A DNA stretch of 62,921 bases, counting the filler, from Octopus bimaculoides (lineage: Eukaryota), in assembly GCF_001194135.2 (NCBI RefSeq). It is 6 parts of 6 records of this genome, joined end to end, with 100 filler letters (N's around TTAATTAATTAA, not from the genome) between each part and the next. Parts side by side here need not be neighbours in the genome. Positions count along the whole stretch, not along the records: positions 35,865 to 53,543 come from NC_068984.1; 5 more parts are not named here. One strand, 5' to 3'. Both the position numbers and the translations under genes were made by a program. The notes beneath the pieces are model-generated. The model saw nothing but the letters and a program-made list of their open reading frames with translations, had not been told where the DNA came from and did no database searches. Of this stretch, positions 38,758-52,351 are shown one piece after another (positions within the stretch are counted from its first letter, which is position 1; each line of letters opens with the position of its first letter).

Positions 38758-39729
38758 TGTGTGCGCAGATGACAAAAATTGCGTTTCTTGGCGATTATGA
38801 TTCAAGGATTAAAAATGATCATAGTACCTGGTTTTCTTTAGCCATGGAAGGGCTGAGAGAAATGTATTTAAATGGTCTTCTATTGTTCCAGTTTTGAAAC
38901 AGATCATAACTTGGTCGTTACAAACGAATTCTTTCACCTAACGCTAATGTTCTAAGAGCTCTAAGCGCAAAGTCATCTCGTCACAACACACGAACTTACG
39001 GACATTGTTGATGCAGACGATCACTAGCTTTTTTCCCCCCCAAACTCTAGAGATTCTTCACAAACCATGTTTTGTTACAAACATATTCTGTCATAAATTA
39101 GAGATCTTTTTTAGAGAAATATACCACGAGTCACTCGCAGCTGAAGTCCAGTACAACCTGACCTGGCGTGGAATTCTTAAACTGACTATTGCCGCAAACA
39201 ACTGGGAATATATCTGTATTGTAGACAATTATAAACATACATGTTTTAAATGGCTTTCAGAAAGTAATGCAAGAGAACGTGGTACATGTATGGAGCCGAA
39301 CAGTGTAAATACACTAAAAAAGAAAACAGCAAAATTCATATAGTTGACTCAACTCAAATCATGTCAAAATTTTATCAACCACTCACTGTTATTCTTCAAA
39401 CAATCCTACACATAAATACATATACTTAAATAACTATATAATAATACACTGAATAACTACTTACTATTACCATATATCCCGGGTGTTGCTATGTCACTCG
39501 TTAGAAAAAGAAGTGCGACTATAAGAAGAGTTTTCATTTTGTTTCTGTAAAAATGCATATTTTTACACATTTACAAGATGTAGTGAAAATATGAATACAA
39601 CTTAGTTGAATACTTCGCAATCAAGTTTTCTAGTTAGTATAATTACTACAAATGCTATTTTGATTTTTTTTTTTCATTTCTAGAAAGCTCTTCAGTTCTT
39701 TATGTCATTATTACTGCAAAACTTTCAAG

Positions 39730-40376
39730 TGCCGCCAGAGTTGACTTTGCCTTTCATCCGTTCGGGGTCGATAAATTAAGTACCAGTTTACGCACTGGGG
39801 TTGATGTAATCGACTCATCCCTTCTCCCAAAATTTCGGGCCTTGTGCCTACAGTAGACAGTATTATTCTTTTCTACTCTAGGCACAAGGCCCGAAATTTT
39901 GGGGGAAGGGGCCAGTCGATTAGATCGACCCCAGTACTCAACTGGTACTTAATTTACCAATCCCGAAAGGAGGAAAGGCAAAGTCGACCTCGGCGGAATT
40001 TGAACTCAGAACATAAAGACAGACGAAATACCGCTAAGCATTTCGACCGGCGTGCTAANNNNNNNNNNAGGGGCTACACACAGAGGGGACAAATAAGGAC
40101 AGACAAATGGATTAAGTCGATTATATCGACCCCAGTGCGTAACTGGTACTTATTTAATCGACTCCGAAAGGATGAAAGGCAAAGTTGACCTCGGCGGAAT
40201 TTGAACTTAGAACGTAAAGACAGACGAAATACCGCTAAGCATTTCGACCGGCGTGCTAACATTTCTGCCAGCTCACCGTCTTAGTAGACAGGATTATTAC
40301 TACAAAACTTAAGGCGGCTAGCTGGCAGAGATGTGAGCACATCAGTCGAAATGCTTACCGGTATTTCGTCTGTCTG
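39730..40376. mobile_element. Cluster of four family B SINEs in +,-,-,+ orientation
   Basis: About 39730-39866 (+), 39867-40058 (-), 40069-40282 (-, different tail) and 40311-40376 (+, head only). Confidence 0.85.
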
Positions 40377-40379
40377 TTA

Positions 40380-42560
40380 TTGAAAATTTTATTGTTGGAG
40401 TGTGTTCGAAAAGTAAGTTTCTGTTAATTGTTATATTGTTATACCTCTTGCTGTGCCTATTGTTGGACTTATTGTTTAAAAATTGTATTATAGTTTTCTT
40501 TCGAAAGCTATCTGCGGTTTTCCACTGCGGGGGAAAACATTAATTGCCGGCAAGATGCCCAAAAGTGTGTCTTCATCGGATGAAGATTCATCGACCGAAC
40601 GGGAAGCGAGGAAGATTGAAAGTTTAATTTTTGATAACATTTCTGATGTTTCGGAAAGTGAATTCCCTGCATTACCAAAAGTTACGGGTACCATAGGAAA
40701 TATAGAACCAAAGACCATACAAAATGAAGAAAGAAAACGTTTTGCGTCAGCAGCTGGTGGTGGAACGCATCAGCTGTCAACTGACAAAAAAGAATTATTA
40801 AAGTACAAGGAAATGATAACGGTACGAGATAAAAGTGGAAATACCAGGAGAACAATTAACGGCAGAAAAAAGGAAAACTATTATTTATAAGACATTCTCC
40901 TTAAAAACTCGAAAAATTGACAAGATATGTGAGCAGAAAATTGAAAAATGTTTAAAACCCAATTGGCAGGACATTATATACCTAGCCAGAGGGAAGAAGT
41001 TTGGAACCATCGAAGTGAGGTTCCAGAACGCAGAAACGGCACAACAACACTCTGTAAAATCATTAGAGTCGGAAGACACGATATTAATCCTAATTTACAT
41101 GGGAATGAGTAAACCCTATGTGCTTCATGGCAGCAGTCCTGGCAAACAGGGAGGATACTATAAACCTCCTGCAGGCTACCGTCACAGAGAATACATATTG
41201 GACTGGACAAACGCTCAACCTGCTAATGCAGGCAGAGCAGAAAGTTTAGAACAGCTCCCAGAAATAGTAGAAGTAGGGGAGGAAGTTCTGAATATTTTTG
41301 TTGAGGGGCGTAAGCCCCGATGTTTCCAGTGTGGCCAACTGGGTCACATTAAAAAATATTGTAAAGAAGGTGAAGAAGAAGAAAGAGAGAGAGAAACTGA
41401 AGGAAAAATAAACAACAAAAGGAAAATAGAAGGCTCGAACCAGTAAAAGCAGAGCGAGCCGAGACCAAAAAAGACATCCAAGAGAGACAGACCGAATATG
41501 GTGGAGGGGAAGACGGACAGAGAAATAGTTGCACTACACAGCAAAAATGAGGACTTAATGCATGGTATAAAAACGAAAAAATCAGCCACTAGGATAATTG
41601 AACTATCAGGAAAATATAAAAATTATGAATTTTACGAAGTGGACAAAAAAAAACATATATCTTGTGTAACACGTATAGAAAATCGGTCTCATCATTGAAA
41701 TTTGATTTTCATCAATCTATATTTGAAGGCTTGCCACCTCCGACCCTAAGTCACGTCTATTCACATTGGTTGTATAAATGTCCGTGGTCTGATGTTGAGT
41801 TGGAAGCAAGGGCGCTTCCTAAATGACATCAGGTCAAGAAATTTGGATGAAATTGTTGCAACGGAAACCCGAGTGAAGGGGCCAAGAGATAGGCTCCCCT
41901 TCCTGAACGGCTACAAGAAATACGTTTCTCCAAGTCGGGCGGGGTGTTGGTCCTACTAAAAAGAAACAAGGTAACTGAAAAAAAGCTGCGTTTTTTTCTG
42001 ATCTAGAAGGCAGGCTGGTCGTTCTCGACCTGACGTTCAGTTGTAGCAAGATAATCAGGCTGGTTGCAATTTATGCACCCAACGTTATGAGTCCGCAAAG
42101 TGAATATTTTCGTGACCTGGGCAAGTTCCTGGCCACGTCGCATTCGCTAGTATTGATAGGAGACTTTAACACAATTTGTGGCGCATTCACAGATTGTGTT
42201 AGCTCGAACATGAATAGAAAATGTAACCCTGGTTTTCGAGATCTGCTAAGTCACTTTCAACTGGCAGATCCATATAGGTTGGAACATCTGAACACTCCAC
42301 AGTGGACGTGGTCAAATAGTGACGGGTCTTCCGGAACATATATAGATAGGGTTTAATTAGAAAAACAGATAAGTGCATAGCTAAGTGTCCAGGTTTTATC
42401 TAGTCGGCTACAGTGATCACAAGAGGATTACCTGTAAGCTGACAGTAGATAAGTTGCATAGACAGGGATCTGGCGATTGAGGAGTAACAGAAAGCAGATC
42501 AAGAAGTTAATACAGAGGGCATTAACAGGTACCATCATTAATAATAAATGGTGGAACGCC
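40380..42560 (+). mobile_element. Tx1/L1-clade LINE 5' part: ORF1 with gag-like zinc knuckle and ORF2 AP endonuclease, decayed
   Basis: GRKPRCFQCGQLGHIKKYC (CX2CX4HX4C); IGCINVRG, IVATETR, IRLVAIYAPN, VLIGDFN, WTWSNSDG..YIDRV and an SDH-like motif. Confidence 0.9.
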
Positions 42561-42668
42561 CTAAAAAGGGCCATACGAATGGATTAGATGGATGTTACTA
42601 CACACGTTTCAATAGCATATTTATTAATAACACATTGTGTCATTCAATTTGGTTTGCAATATTATATA

Positions 42669-42880
42669 AGGGCGGTGAGCTGACAGAATCGTTAGCACGT
42701 CGGGCGAAATGCTTAGCGGTATTTCGTCTGCCGCTACGTTCTGAGTTCAAATTCCGTTGAGGTCGACTTTGCCTTTCATCCCTTTCGGGGTCGATTAAAT
42801 AAGTACCAGTTACGCACTGGGGTCGATGTAATCGACTTAATCCCCTTCATGTTTAGCCCCGTGGGCAATAAAGAAATAAA
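42669..42880 (+). mobile_element. SINE family B with LINE-like tail
   Basis: Tail tgtttagccccgtgggcaataaagaaataa; short TSD attatataag on both sides. Confidence 0.9.
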
Positions 42881-42951
42881 TATTATATAAGTTTATACAG
42901 TAAGGTGCTTAGGCAACTTTGCCACTTCCAGTGGCACGTATCTATTATATG

Positions 42952-42990
42952 TTACCTGAAGATGTAGCAAAGTTACGTAAACACTATGGC
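42952..42990 (+). ncRNA. Degenerate Penelope-type hammerhead-like motif
   Basis: CTGAAGA-t-gtagc-aaa-gttac-GtAAAC; the GAAA is interrupted by an extra T. Confidence 0.3.
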
Positions 42991-43134
42991 ATAATTTTAT
43001 ATAATCTTGCACACCAAATTATATGACGCAATATGTTAATAAATTTGCTACTAAAATGCGTGTAGCAATACCCATTTGTTTCATGCTATATTAATATACA
43101 CATACACACATAAATATATTTATGTGTGTGTGTA

Positions 43135-43318
43135 TCAATGAGTGTGGGTATTGTTTTGTCTCCCGGCACCGCTTGACAATCAGTGTTAGTTTGTTTACGC
43201 CCCCCCACCCACCAACTTAGCAGATCGGCTGGAGTCGATTCGTTTGACTAAAACCCTTCAAGGCAATGTCCAAGCATGGCCGCAATCCAATGACTGAAAC
43301 AAAAAGATAAAAAGAATA
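43135..43318 (+). mobile_element. SINE family A 3' half
   Basis: cgcttgacaa...gcatggccgcaatccaatgactgaaac. Confidence 0.75.
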
Positions 43319-43320
43319 TA

Positions 43321-43955
43321 TATTAACCGGCGTATAAGATGCACCCTTAGTATTGAGGAAAATATATGGTTCTACGCATGTGAATACAATATTGTGACAG
43401 TATAGGGAAAAGAAAGTATTAAACCACAAACTACGGTGTGCAAGTACCATATTTCAACTTAATCTTTCCGATCAACTGAATCGTTATGTTTTGGTTAAGA
43501 GAATTACCAAACAGGATGTAAACCTCATATTTCTTGCTGTGATGTCTTATGCAATATAACCGCAAACAGCCACCAGGATGGCGTGCCAACGCTATAATTT
43601 TCTCATTCACTCATGCAAATAGCGTCGGACTGGTGAAAGAAACACTCCTTTCATTTTTCAATTCTTTATTTAGATAATAAGCAAGTGTTTCTTAAAAGTA
43701 ATGCACTCCCTGTATAACTTAAGAGAGATATCAAGTGTAGATTATGTATATGCTGGGGAAAGCGGCACAGCGATATGATGTGACTTACCCATGTAACTTA
43801 ACGTAAGCAATTTTTCGTAAATGCTAGCACTGATATTTTGGCTTGCTTTCTGACACCCTAGCTTACTACGCTAGGTCTCCCACCCGCAAAACAGCCTCAT
43901 TAAATGCAGGAAAATTTAATACAGTGAAAAAGCGTGTCTTATACGCCAGTAAATA
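43321..43955. mobile_element. Non-autonomous Tc1/pogo-like TIR element
   Basis: Left tattaaccggcgtataagatgca; the right end reverse-complements to tatttactggcgtataagacacg. Confidence 0.65.
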
Positions 43956-43999
43956 GAGTAAGTTAAGAGGTGTATTCAACCCCAAGTGAGGTGTCCATA

Positions 44000-44870
44000 A
44001 CCAAAGCACAACCAGCAAGTAACAAAGTGACGTACAAAATTATAAACAATCGCCCTTCGTCACGTTGTGTTGTGCCTCTCCAGTAGACACCACTATGGCT
44101 GCCATGAGTAACATAAACGCTTGCACTTCAATGCCACTTGTCAGTAGTCCTCTGCCAAAAAGAACATCAGCAAAACCAGTATTATTGCACTTGACATTTG
44201 CAAAGTATTCGAACATATCTGACATGAAAACTTCCAGATGAAGTTACTCAATGATGGTCTACCCAACTACAATTATTTCTCATTTCTTCAGTCGAAAGCT
44301 CTTTGTTGTGTTGCAACATTGTAATGTTGGTTAGGTTCTCTTCCAACCTACACCCTATTTCCAAGTAATTAATGTCCGACACACAACATTCTAATAAGAT
44401 CGATACATGTGCAGAGAGTATCGCTCTTCATTCAAGCTTAACTTTCACACAACATAAATACTTTATCCCAGCTCTACACTTCCTCCATGAAGAGAGACCT
44501 TGGTAACATTCTTTAACAGAGACATGAAAAAATCCACTATCTTCCAAGAACAGATACAATCGTTGTATATACATCAAGGGAACGATCTTGCACTTCACTT
44601 TATCTACATATGAACAATAACCTCAGTGATTACAAATTCTACTTATTTTCTTGTTGCGTGACTCTTTTACACAGATAACTCATTTCTTCCGACATCGCCT
44701 TCTCGATTCACATTCCAAATACCATACTAAACATGTCACCTCTAGTGTCTATATCCTGCACCAACCGCTTCGCACGGTCCTTCCACCTTCGGAATGTTGT
44801 CCCTCGGGAATGCCTTCTCTTTCCAGGTTTTCTAGCAGACATCATTTGCAAATTATTAAAGATCATTAAC
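44000..44870 (+). mobile_element. Highly decayed CR1/Jockey-type RT fragment
   Basis: IIALDICKVFEHI*HE resembles ALDISKAFDRVWH; the rest is poorly conserved. Confidence 0.35.
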
Positions 44871-45049
44871 TGTATCAATCTCCCCAGATCCAGAAGCTAT
44901 AATTTATTAATGATAGACTGTGGTACCGAACTGAGATGTTCTTAATACTGGTAAGAGAGGAGATGACTCAAAACCAAGTTATTCTCGATAAAATACACGA
45001 AAGCAAAACTTACAAGAGCCAGATAGCTCAAAAGATTATGAGATACATA

Positions 45050-45235
45050 TTCAACGGCCATTCTCCATGCTGGCAGGGGACGGATAGCTTGACAGGATAC
45101 AGTGATCCACAAGACTGCGTAGAGCTCCAATGTCTACTTTGGCAAAGTTTTCTGCAGCAGGATACCCTTCCCACCGCTAACCACTTTAAAGAGTACTGGG
45201 TGTTTTTTCGTACCACCAGCACTAGAGAGGTTGCC
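45050..45235 (-). mobile_element. Decayed tail of repeat family F
   Basis: Similar to 61655-61820 (ccatgct.gca.ggg..gga; gga.gcccttcc.a..gc.aaccact). Confidence 0.55.
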
Positions 45236-45631
45236 AAATAATTTGCATGACAGGAAAACAACAGGAACAAGGAAAAGACCCCTCGACCAAGAAGAGGGTG
45301 GGGAGTATATGAGATGACTGTGTTAGATGTTGATAGGCTTAAGTATGATAGAGGGACAAACACAGATGTCTTACTACAGAGGAGACACATGACTACGTTA
45401 TATAAGGGTAGATGGGAAGACGGTGAAGCAGAGCAAGAGCAAACTCTCAAGGTACAAGAAGAGGATCATGAACAGAAGATACAGGCAGTTGATCAGTCGG
45501 GAGGAGAGTGGGTATACGTCAAAGTAAATATACTAAAGAATATAGCCCAGTGTACTGAATTTGGTACAACACAGTAAAAATTCTGCTTGAGTGCAGTTTG
45601 GTCATAAATTTTGTAAAATAGAAGAGAACAC

Positions 45632-46010
45632 AGGCGCAGGAGTGGTTGTGTGGTAAGTATCTTGCTTACCAACCACATGGTTCCGGGTTCAGTCCCACTG
45701 CGTGGCACTTTGGCCAAGTGTCTTCTGCTATAGCCTCAGGCAAACCAAAGCCTTGTGAGTAGATTTGGTAGACGGAAACTGAAAGAAGCCCGTCGTATAT
45801 ATATATATGTGTGTGTGTCTGTTCCCCCCCCCCCAACATCGCTTGACAACCGATGCTGGTGTTTACGTCCCCATAACCTAGCGGTTCGGCAAAAGACACC
45901 AACAGAATAAGTACTAGGCTTACAAAGAATAAGTCCTGGGGTCGATATGCTCGACTGAAGGCGGTGCTCCAGCATGGCCGCAGTCAAATGACTGAAACAA
46001 GTAAAAGAGT
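45632..46010 (+). mobile_element. SINE family A, near full length
   Basis: aggcgcaggagtggttgtgtggtaag, B-box-like gggttcagtccc, CORE-like ttggccaagtgtcttc, internal (TA)(TG)n, tail gaaacaagtaaaagag. Confidence 0.9.
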
Positions 46011-46289
46011 AACCCAACTGAATGTAGTCATTCTCAACAAACGTGGTCTTTGCTTCATGTCAAAAATAATTATCTTTGAGACAGCAAATAGAAGTGGCCG
46101 CACAGCAGACAAAATGTCAAAATTTTTAATTACTCCCAGATGACAAAATTCATTTATGTCAACTACTAACTTTTATTCTTGTAGATCAATAAAACAAGTA
46201 GAATAGTAAGAAACTAATTCCCCCTGCTGAAGACGTGTGGTCTTTTATCCACTTTTAGAAATTATTAAGACAATACGTTGGACAAATCA

Positions 46290-46733
46290 TTAGCATGCAA
46301 GACAAAATGCTCAGCAGCATTTCTTTTGGCTCTTTACATACCAAGTTCTAATTCCTCTAGGGTTCACTTTGCCTTTCATCTTTCTTTTTTTTTTTTTTTC
46401 GTTGGAGTAGATAAATTAAGTATCAGTGACACACTGAGGTCGATATAATCGACTAGTCCCCTTCCCCCAAATTTCAGGCCTTGTGCCTTTAGTAGAAAGG
46501 ATTATTATCAATTTAAGGTAGTGAGCTAGCAGAATCGTTAGGACGCCGGGCAAAATGCTTAGTGGCATTTCGCCCGTCATTATATTCAGACTTCAAATTC
46601 TGCCGGTCAACTTTGCCTTTCACCCTTTGGAAGTTAATAAAATAAGTACCAGTTACGCACTGGGGTTGATGTAATTGACTAGTCCCCACACCACAAAAAG
46701 ATTTCAGGCCTTGTGCCTATAGTAGAAAGGATT
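46290..46733 (+). mobile_element. Two tandem family B SINEs (the first is CpG-decayed)
   Basis: About 46290-46505 and 46515-46733, both ending ttgtgcct.tagtagaaaggatt. Confidence 0.85.
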
Positions 46734-47071
46734 GCTGAGCCCCCCTTCGGTCATGACTGACCATGGGATTGCACTGAGAAAACTACCCTCCCAGGCACAA
46801 GTCCGGGCAAGGTTGTTTATGGAAGACCAGCAGTCGCCCATGCATACCGGCCTCCCCTCTCCACGCCACCAGTGTTATCTAAGGGAAAGGCAAAGGCCGA
46901 TACAGCTTGGCACCTGTGACGTCGCAACTCATTTCTACAGCTGAGTGAACTGGAGCAACGTGAAATAAAGTGTCTTGCTCAAGACCACAACACACAGCCG
47001 GTCCGGGATTCAAACTCGCAACCTCACGATCGTAAGCTCGACGCTCTAACCACTGAGCCATGCGCCTTCAC
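46734..47071 (-). mobile_element. SINE family D inserted in a family B tail
   Basis: Head gtgaaggcgcatggctcagtggttagagcg; 14-bp TSD tagtagaa(a/c)ggatt (46720-46733, 47072-47085). Confidence 0.9.
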
Positions 47072-47094
47072 TAGTAGAACGGATTATTATTATT

Positions 47095-47305
47095 AACTGG
47101 CAGAATCGTTTGCACACCAAGCGAAATGCCGCTAAGCATTTCGCCCGTCGCTACATTGTGTGTTCATATTCTACCGAGGTCGATTTTGCCTTTCATCCTT
47201 TTGGGGTCGATAAATTAAGTACCAGTGAAACACTAAGGTCGATGTAATCGACTAGTCCCCTCCCACCAAAATTTCAGACCTTGTGCCTTCAGCAGAAATT
47301 ATTAT
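47095..47305 (+). mobile_element. SINE family B
   Basis: ctggcagaatcgtt...ggggtcgataaattaagtaccag...ttgtgcct. Confidence 0.85.
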
Positions 47306-47469
47306 TAATATTGTTAACTTTGGAGAAAACAATAACACTTTCCAGTAATTTCTTAATTTCTGTATTATAAATGAAAAGATGCACTATAAAGTTATTGCTG
47401 CTACTGTTTGCTTTCGTCAGCACTGAAGAGATACATTATAGCACAAGCCAATTACAAGACTGACTAAAA

Positions 47470-47792
47470 TGGCACTCCGTCGTTTAGGACGAGTGTTCCA
47501 GCTGATATGATCAACAGAACAGCCTGCTTGTGAAATTAACATTCAAGTAGCTGAGCTCTCCACAGACACAAAAATACTCTTAATAGGGTTCTCAGGAAGA
47601 TTCAATGGGATACAGAATGTGATAAGGCTGGTCCTTTGAATTACAGGTACAACTCATTTTTGCCAGCTGAGTGGACTGCAGCAACGTGAAATAAAGTGTC
47701 TTGCTCAAAGACACAACGCGCCACCAGGAATCGAACTCGCGACCTTATGATCGTGAGCCGAGTATACTAACTACTAAGTCATGTGTCTTCAC
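47470..47792 (-). mobile_element. SINE family E (family D-like head plus family C tail)
   Basis: Head and ttgagcaagacactttatttcacgttgc are shared with 46734-47071; the tail gtaattcaaagg...gacggagtgcc is shared with family C. Confidence 0.8.
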
Positions 47793-50106
47793 ACGACAAC
47801 CACCAGCATATTTAACAGATTTTCAGTTGATATATGGAAGAAAATTGAATATCAAAAAGGTAAATCTCACCTATATTTNNNNNNNNNNNNNNNNNNNNNN
47901 NNNNNNNNNNNNNNNNNNNNNNNNNNNNNNNNNNNNNNNNNNNNNNNNNNNNNNNNNNNNNNNNNNNNNNNNNNNNNNNNNNNNNNNNNNNNNNNNNNNN
48001 NNNNNNNNNNNNNNNNNNNNNNNNNNNNNNNNNNNNNNNNNNNNNNNNNNNNNNNNNNNNNNNNNNNNNNNNNNNNNNNNNNNNNNNNNNNNNNNNNNNN
48101 NNNNNNNNNNNNNNNNNNNNNNNNNNNNNNNNNNNNNNNNNNNNNNNNNNNNNNNNNNNNNNAAATACAATGACAAAAAGAAATGGTCTGGAGTGAGAGC
48201 AGCATTAGAAAGCTAGCCATTAAATGGTACACTGGCATTATTGCATCAAACATACCCGAATGAAGAAAATAATATCATCAGACTTCAAAGTCATGGACGG
48301 GACATTTAATTTGGAAATACTATTTTTGGCATCAGCAACAAAAAAAAAAAAAATTGAATAAAAAAAAAAAAGAAAAGGGGGAGGTGTTCTGATCCAAACA
48401 TAGATTTCACAATTCATATGGGTAACTCACAAAATAAAAATTAAATTTTTTTTAAAAATCGCATTCAGTCAAGCTTTCAAAATTTCAGACATCTTATAAA
48501 AATTATTATTTTTTTTTGCCTCCTGGTTATAAAACAATGAGTGGGGTAGGGGTTGGAACCATGATGTATTAGTAGGTAGGCTGGAATTACCAAACAATAG
48601 TTGTCAAGCTAACATCTTTAAAAACAAACTTTTAGGAAAAGAACTAAAAACTTTAAAATTTACTTAAATCTTTTTCTTTTTTCTTTTTCTACATAAAAAA
48701 AAAATTTCAAGAAGTGGTTTTAAAACAGTTTAAGCAGTAAATTCCAGTAGAAATGAAAGAGCAAGTGAAAAGAAAATCTATTGTTTAGAATTGGAGTAGA
48801 GCTTGAAATTTTTCTAAATTATGATTCCTCATTATCAAGAGTGTTTTTTTTTTTAGATACTTTTTATTTTCAAATAGATTTTTCTAGATTTTCTCAAAAA
48901 TATTTGTAATGATGACCACTTAAGTCAATTCAATGATGAGATGCTGCATTATAATGAGAAACGTAAAACATTTGAGAATTGACTGGAATATTAAATAGTG
49001 ATACTCTCAGCATATTGTTAAAAAGCAAATCTATTTCCAGATATGTATGACTTGCAATGAATGTCATTACATCTCAGAGAAAGCACCCAGTAATAGTAGT
49101 CCACAGTTTTTCCTGGGTAGCCACAGAGCCTGAGGTTTTTTTAGCAGACAGGAAAGGTATACGTAACAATTATGTCTTTCCCAAAAGGCAATAATATAAA
49201 CAAAATGAAACAGCAATAACTGAGAACAGAAGCTAGGTCATTGCAGAGCGAGCTTACTTGGAATTTAACTTTTTTTATTATATTTGTCTATTCTATGCAT
49301 TATTAAAAGAAAAGATGATAAAATAAGAATAGGTAAGATGACATAAAACTATCTTTTGCATAAATAACAAGAGTTACTTTCAAACTGAATCAAAGAAAAA
49401 CTTAATCTAAGTACAAATATGATAATTAGATAAATAGTTAGCAATTAAGGGCTGCAATAAGTAAACTCTTGTGAATTTTAATTCCTATGCTGCACTTGCT
49501 TGGCATGTGATTTGATCAAGTGTTGAAACTAAATTGCATCCTAATAGAATCATATGAGTCAAATTATATACATAGTTATATTCATTAAGTGTCAAAGTAT
49601 TTTGTGGTACATTTACCGTATATTCTCTGCAACATGGTGATATAGAGAATCAGTGACCAGGTCATGAATGTGCAAAAAACTTTGATAATTAGTGATAGAG
49701 GTAACAAAAAATCACAAAGTAAATATAATAGTGTATGTGTATTTTAAATGGCAAATATGACTTTACCAAGCTGCAATTGTTGACATCCTAATCTTTCAAA
49801 TATACTATTATATACTATTAAAAAGCAGTTTAAGTTCATTTAGATAATAAACTCTAATTCAAGCTTATTAAAGCAGAGAGATAAAAACGAATAAATAAAT
49901 CTTTCATCAGAATGTAACATGTACATATATTTTAAATGGTATAGCACTTGAGATGTTTCAAATGAAGGAATATGCTACCATTGCTAATAATACAATTAAC
50001 AGAAAATTAAGAGAAATCCATAGCAAGTATATTACTATTACACCTTAATTTGACTCCCCAAGTGTTTTGTCCTGTTAAACATCTTAGAACAGACATTTAA
50101 AATGTC

Positions 50107-50326
50107 CTAACCTTTTGGCATTTAAACTGGCTGTATCCACTCCAAATATTGTTTTATGTTCAAACTGGCCAGATACAGTCTTTCACACTCACCCTACAAT
50201 GCCATTCTAAAGATAATGATAACCCCCTTCAAAATCTAAACTATGAGCTAATGCTTGATTAATTCAAAAATAGATGAATAAATAGGTATTTCATTTCACA
50301 GAGTAATCTGAATGCTAAAGGGTTAA
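50107..50326. mobile_element. piggyBac-like MITE, CpG-decayed
   Basis: Ends (c)taaccttttggcattt ... aatgctaaagggttaa: inverted termini with TTAA at the right end. Confidence 0.6.
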
Positions 50327-52351
50327 ATAATATCTAAACAGCCTTCAATACTCAACAAATAATAAATAATTAGGAAAATATAGGAAAGGGAAATCAGTAA
50401 TACTCTTTAAATTGTTTCTATAATTAGCAAATAATACTGCTGCTGATGATGATGATTTCTTCCTAATTAGAATGCAGTAAATTAAACCTCACCTTACTAT
50501 ATTACTGAAACATTTTATCAACACTAGGAAGAGCACAATTGCTCTACCTAAAAACAGCTGGAATGAGCTTGATTACAGCTGACCTGTGGCTTACCAACAA
50601 CAGAAGATTGAATACTGGATTGATTCTTATAAAAATTTTAACGAAGAAATATCACTCTCCACCAATATCTCATGGAACACTGTACACTCTAAAGAGAATT
50701 AGAGAACAAGAGATGAAATGGAGTGATGTCCTGTATTTTGCTCGGGACATTACCTTTATGAATTAAATAATACTGCAAAGAATAAAAATTGAGCTGAAGA
50801 ATGAAAATTGTCAAGAATTTACTGCATCTCTGAGCTATTATAAACATTAAGAAAAAAAACAAAAAAACTCTTCTCTCACTACAGTACTTTGTTGGAATTG
50901 TCAGAATACTTGTTATCCCACAACAAACAAACTTATCCAAATTTTCAGACTTTACTAAATGAATTTATTTTGCTGCCACAGACCACCATTAATTTCCTGA
51001 AACACTGGATCTTATGTGCTTAAATACAGTTTTTCTTTATTATTTGCAAGGGTTGAGAATATGCGGAGCAAAATGGGCTTCAACAAGGAAGAGAATCCAG
51101 CTCACAGAACTCAATTCAACAACACCTTAACATGACTCACCAAATTTAAAGTCTTTCTTTAGGTTCAAGGAACAAGAGGGTAGCTAATATAATACAAATA
51201 CTTATTTTACTGATCCTGGAAAAATGAAAGCAAAGTTAAGGAATTAAGAACCCAGAAGAACAAAACTAAATACTGTACATTTTCCCCATTTCTCCCAACT
51301 CAACACAATAGCCATGATGAGGATAAGGGCAGACATTTTGTATGTGCCTTTAAAAACAAAACAGGTCATCAAAATAGGCGTTAATGAACAAAAAAAAAAG
51401 ATAAATTTTACCAGGTAGAATTCAAGTTACATTATACTTCGAAGTACCTCGTTTTGGCTCTGAAAAATAATTCTATAGCATATCGCTGTATTGTTGAAAT
51501 CAGCCTACCTCTACCTAGGTACTTTCATTGTAAGAAACTAATCTTCAAATAAAAATAAAATAGACTTCACAACCCATGAAAAGGTATTTCAAATTTAAAA
51601 ACCAAAAGCATTAGAAAGCATTAATTTCAATATTTGGCATTATTTTTATTGCTCAGATAGTATGTAATTAATAATATAGTGAAAATCATTGTTATTCTTC
51701 TAATAAATTATATTATGGCAATAACAATTAGCATAGTGTTGTAGAGAAACAAATTCCATCTGGGGAGAATTTATCCACCATTAGCAGAAACGAAGTTGGC
51801 TTGCTAAGCATTATGCCAGCAGTCCATACACCCAGTCATTGGTACTGTACTTGGTGGCAAAGAGCACTAACACCTAAAAGCCAGTCACTTTAAATATATA
51901 TCATGTAGTATAGTGTCTCTACTGCAGACAACAGTATAGGAAATACATATCCAACAAGTGTATTTTTTAGCTTATAGTGCTAGATTCAAATCTCTCTCTT
52001 GGGCAAAATCTTCAATAGACTGACATTCAAATCTGATGAAAGAAGTATCTTACTCCCTCTTTCTCTCTCTAGATTGCAATGCAATTCAAAATTCAAAATA
52101 TCTCCTTACTATGTAGGGTACCTCACAGAGGCAGACAAAATATTTTAGAATCTCTTGTAATAGATTCCTCTCAAATTATGCTCAATCAACTTTCGCTCCT
52201 TCCAATATCTCAGAGACATCTCTGTCCCTTCCATAACCTTAAATAAATATCGACTGAAGCATTAAAAGTGAAAGATGACTACACAAACATCAAGTTATTA
52301 GTTGGTCACAAGAGTTAGATCTTAATTATTTCCTAAGCATCTACCTTTACT

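Noticed and set aside
46225-46270. CTGAAGA...gtgg/ccac...GAAA motif
   Set aside because: Spacing and stems are too degenerate to call.
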